A DNA stretch of 64,000 nt from an uncultured Actinomycetota bacterium (GCA_963770565.1 CAVYQE010000001.1:672001-736000), one strand, 5' to 3'; shown: positions 26,741-38,421, counted from the first letter of the stretch. Notes: generated by a model from the letters alone, not told the origin. Translations and numbers: made by a program.

Positions 26741-28066
26741 GTGCTCACCGCTTTCGGCAGGGCCTTCCGCACGCCGGATCTGCGGAACAAACTGCTGTTC
26801 ACGCTGGGGATCCTTGCGCTGTTCCGGCTCGGGTCGACCATCCCGGCACCGGGGGTCAACTACCAGAACGTGCACACCTGCCTGGCGCTGGACAAGAACA
26901 GCTCGGTGCTCGCGCTGGTCAACCTCTTCAGTGGCGGTGCGCTGCTCCAGTTGACCGTGTTCGCGCTCGGAATCATGCCCTACATCACGAGCAGCATCAT
27001 CATCCAGCTGCTGGTGGTCGTGATCCCGCGGCTCGAGCGGCTCAAGGAGCAGGGTCAAAGTGGGCAGGCGAAGCTGACCCAGTACACCCGTTACCTGACG
27101 GTGTCGCTGGCGATCCTGCAGGCGACCGGCATCGTCGCACTGGCCCGCAGCGGCCGGCTGCTGCCGTGTACCAACTCGGCCGGGCAACAGATCTCGCTGC
27201 TGTACTCCACCTCGGTTTTCCGGATCATCACGCTGGTCGTGACGATGACGGCGGGCACAGCGGTCATCATGTGGCTCGGCGAGCTGATCACCGACCGCGG
27301 CATCGGCAACGGCATGTCGCTGCTGATCTTCACCTCGATCGCGGCCCGGTTCCCGAGCCAGGGCAGCCAGATCCTGCAGAGCCGCGGCGTGTCCACGTTC
27401 GTGGGGGTGCTGCTCGCGGGTCTGCTGATCATCGTCGGCATCGTGTTCATGGAACAGGGCCAGCGCCGGATTCCGGTGCAATACGCGAAACGAATGATCG
27501 GCCGCCGGATGTACGGCGGCACCTCGACCTACATACCGCTCAAGGTCAACCAGGCCGGCGTCATCCCGGTCATCTTCTCGTCGTCGCTGCTCTACCTGCC
27601 ACAGCTGCTCGGGCAGGTGTGGACGTCGAACCCCGGCTTCACGAACTTCGTCACGCGCTACTTCAACGCCAACAACCCGAACTACGTCTACATCCTGACG
27701 TATGCGTTGCTGACGGTCTTCTTCACGTATTTCTATGTCGCGATCACGTTCAACCCGGTCGAGGTCAGCGACAACATGCGCAAGTACGGCGGCTTCATCC
27801 CCGGCATCAGACCGGGTCGTCCGACGGCGGAATACCTCGAGTACGTCCTCTCGCGCATCACGTTCCCGGGCTCGCTCTATCTCACGGCCATTGCCGTGCT
27901 CCCTATCCTTGCGTTGCACTACCTGCCAGGCGCTGCGTCGGGCACCAACCAGGCGTTCCCCTTCGGCGGCACCTCGGTGCTGATCCTGGTAGGTGTCGGT
28001 CTCGATACGTCGAAGCAGATCGAGAGCCAGTTGATGCTGCGCAACTACGAAGGCTTCTTGCGGTAG
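26741..28066 (+). CDS. secY: Preprotein translocase SecY
   Basis: [27 protein letters not shown]. Confidence 0.99.
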   Translation: MLTAFGRAFRTPDLRNKLLFTLGILALFRLGSTIPAPGVNYQNVHTCLALDKNSSVLALVNLFSGGALLQLTVFALGIMPYITSSIIIQLLVVVIPRLERLKEQGQSGQAKLTQYTRYLTVSLAILQATGIVALARSGRLLPCTNSAGQQISLLYSTSVFRIITLVVTMTAGTAVIMWLGELITDRGIGNGMSLLIFTSIAARFPSQGSQILQSRGVSTFVGVLLAGLLIIVGIVFMEQGQRRIPVQYAKRMIGRRMYGGTSTYIPLKVNQAGVIPVIFSSSLLYLPQLLGQVWTSNPGFTNFVTRYFNANNPNYVYILTYALLTVFFTYFYVAITFNPVEVSDNMRKYGGFIPGIRPGRPTAEYLEYVLSRITFPGSLYLTAIAVLPILALHYLPGAASGTNQAFPFGGTSVLILVGVGLDTSKQIESQLMLRNYEGFLR

Positions 28067-28079
28067 TGCGGCGCCTCCG

Positions 28080-28736
28080 ATGAGGCTCGTTCTCGTGGGC
28101 CCCCCTGGTGCGGGGAAGGGGACGCAGGCCCAGTTTGTCTCGGCGCATCTCGCCGTACTGCAGATCTCGACCGGCGACATCTTTCGCGCGCACGTGAGCC
28201 ACGGCACCCAGCTGGGCAAGCAGGCGCGGGAGTTCATGGACGCCGGCGACCTCGTACCGGACGAGATCACCGTGGCGATGGTGCGGGACCGGCTCGAGTC
28301 CGACGATGCCGATCGCGGCTTCCTACTCGACGGCTTCCCGCGCACGGTTCCGCAGGCGGTGCAGCTCGACGAGATCCTGCGCGAGCTCGACACCGAGCTC
28401 GACGTCGTCCTCGAGCTGGTGGTCGACGACGGCGAGGTCGTGCGCCGGCTCTCCGGCCGCCGGACCTGTCGCAGCTGTGGCCACATCTGGCACGTCGACT
28501 TCGATCCGCCCTCGGCCGACGGGGTCTGTGACAACTGCGGCGGCCAGCTCTTCCAGCGCGACGACGACCAGCCCGCGACGATCCGGCACCGGCTCGAGGT
28601 CTACTACGAACAGACGGCTCCGCTGATCGGCTATTACGCTGAGCAGGGCATTCTGGTCGGTATCGATGCGATGGGCCCGGTTGACGACGTCACCGAACGC
28701 GCGTCGGCCGCCCTGAGGCCGTTCTCGCGGTCGTGA
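28080..28736 (+). CDS. adk: Adenylate kinase (Zn lid)
   Basis: [19 protein letters not shown]...CDNC. Confidence 0.99.
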   Translation: MRLVLVGPPGAGKGTQAQFVSAHLAVLQISTGDIFRAHVSHGTQLGKQAREFMDAGDLVPDEITVAMVRDRLESDDADRGFLLDGFPRTVPQAVQLDEILRELDTELDVVLELVVDDGEVVRRLSGRRTCRSCGHIWHVDFDPPSADGVCDNCGGQLFQRDDDQPATIRHRLEVYYEQTAPLIGYYAEQGILVGIDAMGPVDDVTERASAALRPFSRS

Positions 28737-28764
28737 GCGGTTGCTGGAGGAGAGAGCACTACAG

Positions 28765-29589
28765 ATGATCCAGATCAAGACGCGTGACGAGATCGACCTG
28801 ATGCGTCAGGCCGGGATCGTCGTCGGCACGGCGCTTGGAGCCCTGCGCGAGGCGGTCCGGCCGGGGATCACCACGGCCGATCTCGACGAGGTCGCCCGCG
28901 GAATCATCTACGGCGCCGGCGCAACCCCGTCCTTCCTCGGTTACCACGGCTTCCCGGCCACCATCTGTACCTCGGTCAACTCCGAGATCGTGCACGGAAT
29001 CCCCTCCGCCAAGGTGGTCCTGCGCGAGGGCGACATCATCTCGATCGACTGCGGCGCGATCGTCGAAGGCTTCCACGGCGACGCGGCGGTCACGGTCCCG
29101 GTCGGCGAGGTGTCGGTGGACAAGCGCGAGCTGATGCGGGTCACCGAGGAGTCGCTCTGGCACGGGATGGCGGCGGCCCGGCTCGGCGGCCGCCTGGTCG
29201 ACGTCTCCCGGGGCGTCGAGACCTACATCCGATCCCAGCCGCACCCGACCGGCGGGTCATGGGGGATCGTCGAGGAGTACGTCGGGCACGGCATCGGGAC
29301 CGAGATGCACCAGGATCCACAGGTCCACAACTACGTAGGCCCGCGGATGGGCCGTGGGCCGGCGATCGTGCCCGGTCTCGCCCTCGCGGTCGAGCCGATG
29401 GTCAATCTCGGTGGCCGGCACACCAAGGTCCTCGACGACGGCTGGACCGTCATCACCCAGGACGGTAAGCCCTCGGCGCACTTCGAACACACGTTCACCG
29501 TGCTCGAGGACGGCCCGTGGGTGCTCACCGCGCTCGACGGCGGCCGTGACCGGCTGGCCGCGATCGGCCCGGTCCGCGCCACCGCCTGA
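28765..29589 (+). CDS. map: Methionine aminopeptidase type I
   Basis: VHGIP, GHGIG..MH, EPM, SAHFEHT. Confidence 0.97.
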   Translation: MIQIKTRDEIDLMRQAGIVVGTALGALREAVRPGITTADLDEVARGIIYGAGATPSFLGYHGFPATICTSVNSEIVHGIPSAKVVLREGDIISIDCGAIVEGFHGDAAVTVPVGEVSVDKRELMRVTEESLWHGMAAARLGGRLVDVSRGVETYIRSQPHPTGGSWGIVEEYVGHGIGTEMHQDPQVHNYVGPRMGRGPAIVPGLALAVEPMVNLGGRHTKVLDDGWTVITQDGKPSAHFEHTFTVLEDGPWVLTALDGGRDRLAAIGPVRATA

Positions 29590-29674
29590 CCAAGCAATGT
29601 CACATTGCCCAGGCTTTTCCGGGGGCGGAGTCACATTGCCCCCACGAAGTGGGGGGCAATGTGACATTGCTTGG
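29590..29674. repeat. Nested palindromic element between map and infA
   Basis: 21-bp perfect IR ccaagcaatgtcacattgccc / gggcaatgtgacattgcttgg plus an internal gtcacattgcc copy. Confidence 0.85.
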
Positions 29675-29685
29675 AACGAGCGGGT

Positions 29686-29714
29686 TTGAACGGGGGCGCA
29701 CGCTCCCGTAGACT
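29686..29714 (+). promoter_or_regulatory. Putative infA/alpha operon promoter
   Basis: TTGAAC-17 nt-TAGACT. Confidence 0.6.
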
Positions 29715-29834
29715 GCCTAGTTGGCCTGCGACGTTCGTCTGGACGCGGGTCGCCCAGAATCACTGAGCGCTCACCAGAGCGCTCTCCACTACGACTACAA
29801 CGCTATCGAGTCACGACACGGGACAACGGAGGAC

Positions 29835-30056
29835 ATGCCGAAGAAGGAAGGCGCCATCGAGATCGAGGGGCGCGTCGTCGAGCCACTGCCGAACGCAATG
29901 TTCCGCGTTGAGCTCGCCAACGGCCACAAGGTCCTTGCCCATATCAGCGGCAAGATGCGCCAGCACTACATTCGGATCCTCCCGGAGGACCGGGTCGTGG
30001 TCGAGCTTTCGCCGTACGACCTGTCACGCGGTCGGATCGTCTACCGGTACAAGTAA
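29835..30056 (+). CDS. infA: Translation initiation factor IF-1
   Basis: [19 protein letters not shown]. Confidence 0.99.
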   Translation: MPKKEGAIEIEGRVVEPLPNAMFRVELANGHKVLAHISGKMRQHYIRILPEDRVVVELSPYDLSRGRIVYRYK

Positions 30057-30082
30057 GGGTTCGCCCCAGTGAGGTCAGTGCA

Positions 30083-30196
30083 GTGAAGGTCAAGCCGAGC
30101 GTCAAGAAGATGTGTGACAAGTGCAAGGTGATCCGCCGTCATGGGCGGGTCATGGTGATCTGCGAAAACCTGCGGCACAAGCAGCGGCAGGGCTAA
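30083..30196 (+). CDS. rpmJ: 50S ribosomal protein L36 (missing from ORF track)
   Basis: Read from DNA: [37 protein letters not shown]. Confidence 0.98.
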   Translation: MKVKPSVKKMCDKCKVIRRHGRVMVICENLRHKQRQG

Positions 30197-30344
30197 CAGC
30201 CACCGAAACAGCGCGCACCACCTCTGCCGCGACGATCCGGTCTGCGGCAGACCAGCCCCCGGCGCGAAGGCCGGGGCTCCACCTGGGCCGGTGGGGACGG
30301 TGACGCGGAGGACCTTCGCTGCAACATAAGGAGCACGAGCCCGG

Positions 30345-30725
30345 ATGGCACGCCTTGTCGGCGTCGACCTTCCCCGCGACAAGCGGTTGGAGGTTGCGCT
30401 CACCTACATCTACGGCATCGGTCGCACCCGCGCACACGAGACGCTGGCGCAGACCGGTGTGAGCCCGGACATCCGGGTTCGCGACCTCAGTGACGACGAT
30501 CTGGTCAAGCTGCGCGACTGGATCGAGGCGACCTACCGGGTCGAGGGTGACCTGCGACGCGAGGTCCAGTCCGACATCCGGCGCAAGATCGAGATCGGGT
30601 GCTACCAGGGCATCCGCCACCGCCGCGGCCTTCCGGTCCGCGGCCAGCGAACCCACACCAACGCCCGCACCCGTAAGGGCCCGCGCAAGACCGTGGCCGG
30701 CAAGAAGAAGGTAGGGAAGAAGTAG
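30345..30725 (+). CDS. rpsM: 30S ribosomal protein S13
   Basis: [17 protein letters not shown]. Confidence 0.99.
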   Translation: MARLVGVDLPRDKRLEVALTYIYGIGRTRAHETLAQTGVSPDIRVRDLSDDDLVKLRDWIEATYRVEGDLRREVQSDIRRKIEIGCYQGIRHRRGLPVRGQRTHTNARTRKGPRKTVAGKKKVGKK

Positions 30726-31129
30726 TGCCTCCCGCACAGAAACGTGTGGCCGCCAAGAAGGTGCGCCGCAAGGAGAAGAAGAACGTCGCCCACGGGCACG
30801 CTCACATCAAGAGCACGTTCAACAACACGATCGTGTCCATCACCGACCCGATGGGCAACGTCGTGAGTTGGGCGAGCGCCGGTCAGGTGGGCTTCAAGGG
30901 CTCCCGCAAGTCGACTCCGTTCGCCGCCCAGATGGCCGCGGAGGCCGCGGCTCGCCGGGCCCAGGAGCACGGCATGCGCAAGGTCGACGTGTTCGTGAAG
31001 GGCCCGGGCTCGGGCCGCGAGACCGCAATCCGGTCGCTGCAGGCGACCGGCCTGGAGGTAGGCACCATTTCCGACGTAACCCCGGCACCGCACAACGGCT
31101 GCCGTCCCCCGAAGCGGCGGCGGGTCTGA
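30725..31129 (+). CDS. rpsK: 30S ribosomal protein S11
   Basis: [21 protein letters not shown]. Confidence 0.99.
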   Translation: MPPAQKRVAAKKVRRKEKKNVAHGHAHIKSTFNNTIVSITDPMGNVVSWASAGQVGFKGSRKSTPFAAQMAAEAAARRAQEHGMRKVDVFVKGPGSGRETAIRSLQATGLEVGTISDVTPAPHNGCRPPKRRRV

Positions 31130-31755
31130 TGGCGCGCTACACGGGTCCCGACTGCAAGCGCTGCCGGCGCGAGAAGACCAAGCTGTTCCTCAAGGGCAGC
31201 AAGTGCGAGTCATCGAAGTGCCCGATCGAGATCCGGCCGTACCCGCCGGGCGAGCACGGCCGTGGCCGCACCAAGGACAGCGAATACCTGCTGCAGATGC
31301 GCGAGAAGCAGAAGTGTGCGCGGATCTACGGCGTCCTCGAGAAGCAGTTCCGCCGCTACTACGAAGAGGCCAACCGGCGCCCCGGCAAGACCGGTGAGAA
31401 CCTGCTGCAGCTGCTCGAGCGACGCCTGGACAACGTGGTCTACCGGGCCGGCTTCGCGCACAGCCGCGACATGGCCCGCCAGCTGGTGAAGCACGGGCAC
31501 TTCGTCGTCAACGGCCACAAGGTCGACATCCCGTCGTTCCTGGTGAGCGAGAACGACATCGTCGAGGTGCGACCGAGCTCGGTCGAGCTGACCCCGTTCG
31601 TGATCGCCCGGGCCGAGGCCGGCGAGCGCACGGTGCCGGCGTGGATCGAGGTCATCTCCAACCGGATGCGGATCCTGGTCCACTCGCTCCCGGCCCGTCA
31701 GGTCATCGACACACAGGTTCAAGAGCAGCTCATCGTCGAGTTGTATTCGAAGTAA
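31129..31755 (+). CDS. rpsD: 30S ribosomal protein S4 (Cys4 type)
   Basis: [34 protein letters not shown]. Confidence 0.99.
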   Translation: MARYTGPDCKRCRREKTKLFLKGSKCESSKCPIEIRPYPPGEHGRGRTKDSEYLLQMREKQKCARIYGVLEKQFRRYYEEANRRPGKTGENLLQLLERRLDNVVYRAGFAHSRDMARQLVKHGHFVVNGHKVDIPSFLVSENDIVEVRPSSVELTPFVIARAEAGERTVPAWIEVISNRMRILVHSLPARQVIDTQVQEQLIVELYSK

Positions 31756-31779
31756 GTTTTCTCGCTTCGCTCCAAAACT
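31755..31779 (-). repeat. GNA-loop hairpin element, minimal copy G
   Basis: Reverse complement agtttt-ggagcgaagcgag-aaaact. Confidence 0.65.
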
Positions 31780-31878
31780 GACTTCGAGGAAAAGCAACAG
31801 CAAGAAGAAGATCAACAAGCAAGACCGGTGGTACCCAGGCGATCAAATAGCGGGTCGCCATGACAGGAAGGCAAGACA

Positions 31879-32907
31879 GTGCTTATTGCTCAGCGGCCGA
31901 CTCTCAACGAAGAGGCCATCGACACCAATCGCTCGCGGTTCGTCATCGAGCCGCTCGAGCCGGGCTTCGGCTACACCTTGGGCAACTCGCTCCGGCGCAC
32001 GTTGCTCTCCTCGATCCCGGGCGCGGCGGTCACGTCCCTCCGGATCGCCGATGTCCTGCACGAGTTCTCCACCGTCGCCGGCGTGAAGGAAGACGTCACC
32101 GACCTCATCCTCAACATCAAGAACCTCGTCGTCTCCAGCGAGCACGACGAGCCGGTCGTGATGTACCTGCGCAAGCAGGGCCCGGGCGCCGTGACGGCCG
32201 CCGACATCGCGCCGCCGGCCGGGGTCGAGATCCACAACCCCGACCTGCACATCGCCACCCTCAACGGCAAGGGCAAGCTCGAGATCGAGTTCACCGTCGA
32301 GCGCGGCCGGGGCTACGTCTCCGCCGTACAGAACAAGCAGCCCGGCCAGCCGATCGGCGTCATCCCGATCGACTCGATCTACTCCCCGGTGCTCAAGGTC
32401 ACCTACAAGGTCGAGGCCACCCGGGTCGAGCAGCGCACCGACTTCGACCGGCTCGTCGTCGACGTCGAGACCAAGGCCTCGATGAGCCCGCGTACCGCGC
32501 TCGCCTCGGCCGGCCACACCCTGGTCGAGCTGTTCGGCCTGGCCCGCGAGCTCGACGAGAACGCCGAGGGCGTCGAGATCGGCCCGTCGCCGACCGACGC
32601 GCAGCTGATGGCCGACCTGGCCCTCCCGATCGAGGAGCTCGACCTCACCGTCCGCTCCTACAACTGCCTCAAGCGTGAGGGCATCCACTCCGTCGGCGAG
32701 CTCGTCGCCCGGTCCGAGGCCGACCTCATGGACATCCGCAACTTCGGCCAGAAGTCGATCGACGAGGTCAAGGGCAAGCTGGCCGGGCTCGGGCTCGCAC
32801 TCAAGGACAGCCCACCAGGCTTCGACCCGACCTCTGTCATCGCCGGGTACGACGAGAACTTCGACGACTCCGGCGATGCCGGGTTCGCCGAGACCGAGCA
32901 GTACTAA
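31879..32907 (+). CDS. rpoA: RNA polymerase alpha subunit
   Basis: [25 protein letters not shown]. Confidence 0.99.
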   Translation: MLIAQRPTLNEEAIDTNRSRFVIEPLEPGFGYTLGNSLRRTLLSSIPGAAVTSLRIADVLHEFSTVAGVKEDVTDLILNIKNLVVSSEHDEPVVMYLRKQGPGAVTAADIAPPAGVEIHNPDLHIATLNGKGKLEIEFTVERGRGYVSAVQNKQPGQPIGVIPIDSIYSPVLKVTYKVEATRVEQRTDFDRLVVDVETKASMSPRTALASAGHTLVELFGLARELDENAEGVEIGPSPTDAQLMADLALPIEELDLTVRSYNCLKREGIHSVGELVARSEADLMDIRNFGQKSIDEVKGKLAGLGLALKDSPPGFDPTSVIAGYDENFDDSGDAGFAETEQY

Positions 32908-32951
32908 GCGACCCTGCAGGGCCCGATCGCCATTGAGCACAGGAGCACGAG

Positions 32952-33663
32952 ATGCCTACCCCCACCAAGGGACCGAGACTCGGTAGCGGTCCGTCACACG
33001 AGCGGCTGATGCTGGCCAACCTGGCCACGTCACTGTTCGAGTACGGCCGGATCACCACGACCGAGACGAAGGCCAAGCGGCTGCGCCCGCTGGCTGAACG
33101 GTTGATCACCTTCGCCAAGCGTGGCGACATCCACGCCCGGCGCCGCGTGCTGACCGTCGTCCGCGACAAGGCCGTCGTGCACACCCTGTTCGCCGAGATC
33201 GGGCCCGGATTCGCCGACCGCCAAGGCGGCTACACCAGGATCACAAAGGTCGGCCCGCGCAAGGGCGACAACGCACCGATGGCGGTCATCGAGCTGGTGG
33301 AGTTCCGCACGGTGGCGCAGGAGGCGGTGGCCGAGGCCGAGGCGGCTCGCGGCACCCGCTTCGCGCGGCGTCGTCGTCCGACCGGTGCGACCGCGGAAGC
33401 CGCGGCCGAGCTGGCCGGCGAGTCCGACGTCGCGGCCGGAGTGGCGGCCGACGCGGAAGCTGCTGACGCGGAAGCCGCTAACGCCGCAGAGGCAGAGGCA
33501 GCCGAGGCCGGCGACAGTGACGCCGAGACCGACGTCGCCGACGCTGACGCAACCGACGAGGTCGATGCTCCCGAGGCAGTTGCCGAGGAGCCGACCGCCG
33601 AGGCGGCGGAGTCCGATGGACGCTTCGACCGATGGCGCCGAAGGCGACACCCCCGCGGAGTGA
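32952..33663 (+). CDS. rplQ: 50S ribosomal protein L17 with acidic tail (as written, reads through into truA)
   Basis: [15 protein letters not shown]; acidic tail continues in +1 frame ([14 protein letters not shown]) to 33663. Confidence 0.9.
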
Positions 33664-34538
33664 CCACTGCGAACAACGCGACCGAGCCCGCCACCCCGAC
33701 CGGGGACGGCGGGCTCGTCCGTTTGCGGTTGGACCTGAGTTACGACGGTACCGACTTCTCCGGCTGGGCCCGGCAGCCGGGCCGGCGGACCGTCGCCGAG
33801 GTCGTCGAGGCCGCGCTCGCGACGGTCCTTCAGCTCGAACCGCCGCTCCAGCTGACCGTCGCGGGTCGCACCGATGCGGGCGTCCATGCGACCGGCCAGG
33901 TAGCGCACGTCGACGTTCCGACCGCGGCAGGTGACGACCCGGTCGATGTCGAGCGGCTCGCTCACCGCATCGCAGGCCTGCTGCCCGACGACGTCGCGCT
34001 GCGGGCCCTGACGATCGCGCCGGCCGGTTTCGACGCCCGGTTCGCGGCGATCGGCCGCAGGTACGCCTACCGGGTCACTGACGCCGGTCCGAACCCGCTG
34101 CGGCGCCACGACACCCTGGCCTGGCCGCGCCCGCTCGACGTCGAAGCGATGAACCAGGCTGCCAAGGGCCTGCCGGGCGAGCACGACTTCGCGGCGTACT
34201 GCCGGCCAAGGGCCGGCGCCACCACGATCCGCACCCTGCACGAGCTCAACGCGGCGCGGGATGCCGACGAGGTGGTCGTGATTTCGGCGGGCGCGGATGC
34301 GTTCTGCCACAACCAGGTGCGGTCGATGGTCGGAGCGCTCCTCACGGTGGGCGAGGGCCGACGGCCACCGGGCTGGCCGGCCGAACTGTTGCGAGCCGGC
34401 GTGCGCGATTCGGGCGTCAACGTCGCGCCGGCGCACGGCCTCACCCTGGTCGCGGTCGACTACCCGCCGGACCGTGAGTTGGCGGCCAGGGTCGCCCAGA
34501 CCCGCCAGCGGCGTAGCCTGCCCGACCGCTCGCGCTGA
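33660..34538 (+). CDS. truA: tRNA pseudouridine(38-40) synthase
   Basis: [24 protein letters not shown]; GTG start in GTGA overlap. Confidence 0.97.
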   Translation: MTTANNATEPATPTGDGGLVRLRLDLSYDGTDFSGWARQPGRRTVAEVVEAALATVLQLEPPLQLTVAGRTDAGVHATGQVAHVDVPTAAGDDPVDVERLAHRIAGLLPDDVALRALTIAPAGFDARFAAIGRRYAYRVTDAGPNPLRRHDTLAWPRPLDVEAMNQAAKGLPGEHDFAAYCRPRAGATTIRTLHELNAARDADEVVVISAGADAFCHNQVRSMVGALLTVGEGRRPPGWPAELLRAGVRDSGVNVAPAHGLTLVAVDYPPDRELAARVAQTRQRRSLPDRSR

Positions 34539-34669
34539 GGCCCACCCACCCGTTTCAGCCCACAACGCCCCCGATCCGGGCCGAGAAACCCGACATCGCG
34601 CTACAAACCGCTCGCCCAGGCGCGCGGTCGTGTGCTGAAACGGGGAGCTGTGGGCTTTACAACGATCCT

Positions 34670-34689
34670 TTCGATAGATATCTTTCGAA
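34670..34689. promoter_or_regulatory. Palindromic operator upstream of MFS/regulator pair
   Basis: ttcgatagatatctttcgaa, 20-bp palindrome with one mismatched pair. Confidence 0.65.
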
Positions 34690-34714
34690 CTCACCTCGAG
34701 GGCCGGGAGGCGAG

Positions 34715-36007
34715 ATGCGGCGACTGTGGACCTTGCCCTACGTCCGGCGCTACCTGACCGGGCAGTCGCTGTCGATCCTTGGCGACACCTCGATGTGGCT
34801 CGCGATGGTGATCTGGGTGCGCGAGCTCACCGGTTCCAACGGCAAGGCCGGGCTGAGTTTCTTCTTCATGGCCGCGCCGTCGATGGCCGGCCCGCTGTGG
34901 GGCGCTGCGGTCGACCGGTTCCGCCGCCGGCCGATCCTGATCGGTGTGAACGCGGCTGCCGGGCTGATGACCTTGTCTCTGCTGTTCGTCCAGGGCCGCG
35001 GCCAGGTGTGGCTGATCTGGCTCGTGCTGGTCGGGTACGGCGTGTCCAACTCGGTGCTCGGCGCCGCCCAGCAGGGCTACCTCGACTTCCTGGTGCCCGA
35101 CGAGTTCGTGGGTGACGCCCAAGGCGTGCTGTCCACCGTGCGCGAAGGGCTCCGGCTGGTCTCGCCGCTGATCGGCGCGGGCTTGTTCACCCTCGCCGGC
35201 GGCCACGTGGTCGCGATCATCGACGCCGGCACCTTCGCGGTTGCTTGCGCCTCGGTCGCCAGCATCTCGCTGCCGGAGCCGGCGCCGGTGCGGGTCGTCC
35301 AGCGCCTTCGCACCGAGCTCGCGGCCGGTTGGGCACACATCCGCGACACCGTGCAGATCCGCCAGGTGGAGACGGCGTTCGTCGCCGTCTGCGCGGTCGT
35401 GGGCTTCACCGAGACCGCGATCGTGGCCGTCGTGACCGATGGCCTCAATCGCTCGGCGAGCTGGCTCGGCCCGCTGGAGGCGGTCATGGGGATTGGCGCC
35501 ATCGCGGGCGGGCTGACCGTCGCGGCCGCGATGCGCCGGATCGGCGAGGGCCGGGTGATGGCGATCGGGCTGGCCATTTTCGCCCTTGGCGACTCGGTGT
35601 TGGTCGTACCGACGATCGCGACCGCGGTCGCCGGCTCGCTGATCGCCGGGTTCGCGCTGCCGTGGGCGATCGCGGCCGCGAACACCCTGGTCATGCGGCT
35701 CACGCCGTCCAACCTGCAGGGCCGGGTGAGCACGGCTCTCGACGTGCTCACCGGTACGCCGCAGGCGCTGTCGATCGCGCTGGGCGCGGGTCTCGTCTCG
35801 GTGGTGGGTTACCAGGCATTGCTCGGCGCGGTGGGTGCGGTCACACTGGTGGCTGGGATCTGGCTGTTCACCCGCCCCGAGCAGCGCGTCGTTCGTACGA
35901 GTGATCTCCCTGACCGGGGCCTCACAGCGCTGGAGGCGGCTGCGATGTCGGTGCTGGTCACACCGGACGAGCACCTACATCCGTCCCAGGCGGCGGACCG
36001 CGAGTGA
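34715..36007 (+). CDS. MFS transporter
   Basis: About 12 hydrophobic segments, GAAVDRFRRR motif A. Confidence 0.9.
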   Translation: MRRLWTLPYVRRYLTGQSLSILGDTSMWLAMVIWVRELTGSNGKAGLSFFFMAAPSMAGPLWGAAVDRFRRRPILIGVNAAAGLMTLSLLFVQGRGQVWLIWLVLVGYGVSNSVLGAAQQGYLDFLVPDEFVGDAQGVLSTVREGLRLVSPLIGAGLFTLAGGHVVAIIDAGTFAVACASVASISLPEPAPVRVVQRLRTELAAGWAHIRDTVQIRQVETAFVAVCAVVGFTETAIVAVVTDGLNRSASWLGPLEAVMGIGAIAGGLTVAAAMRRIGEGRVMAIGLAIFALGDSVLVVPTIATAVAGSLIAGFALPWAIAAANTLVMRLTPSNLQGRVSTALDVLTGTPQALSIALGAGLVSVVGYQALLGAVGAVTLVAGIWLFTRPEQRVVRTSDLPDRGLTALEAAAMSVLVTPDEHLHPSQAADRE

Positions 36008-36690
36008 CCGAAGGAACCGAGGAGACCGAGCCGACCGGGACCGAATCGGATAGCTCGGGGATGGCGGCCGCGGTGGCGGCCGCCGGCTTGCGTGACCTGC
36101 GAGATCCGCGCGACATGCGGGCACTCGCGCACCCCACCCGACTGGCGTTGCTCGAGGCCCTGACGCTGCACGGCGCGCTCACCGCGACGCAGGCCGCGGA
36201 GTACGTCGGCGAGAGCCCGTCGTCCTGCTCGTTCCATCTGCGGTCGCTCGCGAAGCACCAATTCGTGGAGGAGACCGGAGCCGGGCGGGGCCGGGAGCGA
36301 CCCTGGCGACTGGTGAGCGCCGGGACCGAGATGGGGTATCGGTTCGACGATCCGAAGACCCAGACTGCGGCGAATGCGCTGTGGCGGCTGTTCCTCGAGC
36401 GGCAGTTCGCGCGGCTGGTCGATGCGCAGGCTCGCCGGCCGTCGCTACCCGAGGAGTGGGCCCGCGAGCAGGCCAACCTCGAGAGCATCATGTGGCTCAC
36501 GCTGGACGAGCTGCGCGAGGTCAATCGGGTGATCTTCGAGATTGCGTTGCGCTACTACCCGCGCATGACCGATCCCTCGCTCCGGCCGGAGGGCGCCGAG
36601 CCGTTGGAGCTGCTGTACTTCGCCTACAACGTGGACCAAGGTGCCGTGACAACCGCGCCGGATCCGGACCCGGAGCCCGAGTCGACCTGA
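36004..36690 (+). CDS. ArsR-like winged-helix transcriptional regulator
   Basis: RALAHPTRLALL, CSFHLRSLAK, GRERPW. Confidence 0.9.
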   Translation: MTEGTEETEPTGTESDSSGMAAAVAAAGLRDLRDPRDMRALAHPTRLALLEALTLHGALTATQAAEYVGESPSSCSFHLRSLAKHQFVEETGAGRGRERPWRLVSAGTEMGYRFDDPKTQTAANALWRLFLERQFARLVDAQARRPSLPEEWAREQANLESIMWLTLDELREVNRVIFEIALRYYPRMTDPSLRPEGAEPLELLYFAYNVDQGAVTTAPDPDPEPEST

Positions 36691-36738
36691 GCGAGCGGAT
36701 CAAGAAAAATCGCTCGCCCACGCTGACACACTGGACGG

Positions 36739-38421
36739 ATGGGCCACGTCGACGTGCAGCGGGTCAGCCTTGCGCTGCCCGACGGCCGGATGCTGCTCGA
36801 CGAGGTCACGTTCCGGGTCGGTGACGGGCAGAAGGCCGCGCTGATCGGCCCGAACGGCGCCGGCAAGACCACCCTGCTGAAGATCATCACCGGCGACCTG
36901 GCGGCGGACACCGGCGCGGTCACCGGATCGGGCGGGCTTGGCGTGATGCGGCAGTTCGTGGGATCCGTGCGCGACGACTCGACCGTCCGGGACCTGCTGC
37001 TGTCGGTCGCGCCGCCACGAGTACGCGATGCCGCGGCCGCGGTCGATGCGGCCGAGCTGGCGATGATGGAGTCCGACGACGAGCGCACCCAGCTTCGCTA
37101 CGCGCACGCCCTTGCGGAGTGGTCCGACGCCGGCGGTTGGGACGCCGAGGTGTTGTGGGACACCTGCACGGTCGCCGCCATCGGCCTCCCGTACGACCGG
37201 GCCCGCTGGCGCGAGGTCCGCACGCTGTCCGGTGGCGAGCAGAAACGGCTCGTGCTCGAGGCGTTGCTGCGTGGCCCCGACGAGGTGCTGCTGCTCGACG
37301 AGCCGGACAACTATCTCGACGTGCCGGGCAAGCGCTGGCTCGAGCAGTTGCTGGCTGACACTCCCAAGACCGTGCTCTACGTCTCGCACGACCGCGAGCT
37401 GCTCGCCCGAACGGCCAGCCGGATCGTCACCCTCGAGCTCGGTGCGGCCGGCAACACGGTCTGGATCCACGGCGGGGGATTTGCGTCGTACGCCGACGAA
37501 CGCGCGGACCGTAACAGCCGGTTGGAGGAGCTGCGCCGCCGATGGGACGAGGAGCACGCCAAGCTCAAGGCGCTGGTCCTGCGGTTGCGGCTCAAGGCCA
37601 CCTACAACGACGGGATGGCCGGCGCCTACCAGGCTGCCTGTACGAGGCTCGCGCGGTTCGAGCGCGAAGGCCCGCCGCATGCGGTGCCGCTTCGCCAGGA
37701 CGTCAAGATGCGGCTGCGCGGTGGGCGGACCGCGAAGCGGGCGGTCGTGTGCGAGGACCTCGAGCTGACCGGGTTGATGCGTCCGTTCGACCTCGAGGTG
37801 TGGTTCGGCGAACGGGTTGCCGTGCTGGGCTCGAACGGCTCGGGCAAGTCGCACTTCCTGCGGCTGCTGGCTGCCGGTGGGTCGGATCCCGACGCCGAGC
37901 ATCAGCCGGTGGCTGGCACGCCGATCATCAACGTCGCGCACACCGGAGTCGCGCGGCTCGGCGCTCGGGTGCGACCGGGCTGGTTCGCCCAGACGCATGA
38001 GCACCCCGAGTTGATCGGGCGCACGTTGCTCGACATCCTGTGGCGTGGGGACGAGCATCGCGACGGCATGGGCCGCGAGCAGGCGGCGCGGGTGCTCGAC
38101 CGCTACGAGCTCGCGCACGCCGGCGAGCAGCCGTTCGAGACACTGTCCGGCGGGCAGCAGGCCAGGCTGCAGATCCTGTTGCTCGAGCTGTCGGGCGCGA
38201 CACTGCTCCTGCTCGACGAGCCGACCGACAACCTCGACATCGTGTCGGCCGATGCGCTCGAAGCCGGCCTGGCGTCGTTCGAGGGGACCGTCGTCGCGGT
38301 CACGCACGATCGTTGGTTCGCCCGGTCGTTCGACCGCTTCGTGATCTTCAGGGCCGACGGCACGGTCGACGAGTCGGACGAGCCGGTGTGGGACGAGGGC
38401 CGGGTGGAGCGGGTGCGCTGA
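36739..38421 (+). CDS. ABC-F family ATP-binding protein
   Basis: Two ABC domains (GPNGAGKT, GSNGSGKS, LSGG, LLDEP), no TM segments. Confidence 0.93.
   Translation: MGHVDVQRVSLALPDGRMLLDEVTFRVGDGQKAALIGPNGAGKTTLLKIITGDLAADTGAVTGSGGLGVMRQFVGSVRDDSTVRDLLLSVAPPRVRDAAAAVDAAELAMMESDDERTQLRYAHALAEWSDAGGWDAEVLWDTCTVAAIGLPYDRARWREVRTLSGGEQKRLVLEALLRGPDEVLLLDEPDNYLDVPGKRWLEQLLADTPKTVLYVSHDRELLARTASRIVTLELGAAGNTVWIHGGGFASYADERADRNSRLEELRRRWDEEHAKLKALVLRLRLKATYNDGMAGAYQAACTRLARFEREGPPHAVPLRQDVKMRLRGGRTAKRAVVCEDLELTGLMRPFDLEVWFGERVAVLGSNGSGKSHFLRLLAAGGSDPDAEHQPVAGTPIINVAHTGVARLGARVRPGWFAQTHEHPELIGRTLLDILWRGDEHRDGMGREQAARVLDRYELAHAGEQPFETLSGGQQARLQILLLELSGATLLLLDEPTDNLDIVSADALEAGLASFEGTVVAVTHDRWFARSFDRFVIFRADGTVDESDEPVWDEGRVERVR

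Noticed and set aside
22663-31755. Cys-motif forms of L24, S14, L36, S4 and Adk as a novelty
   Set aside because: Zn-binding variants are well known and expected in the main operons
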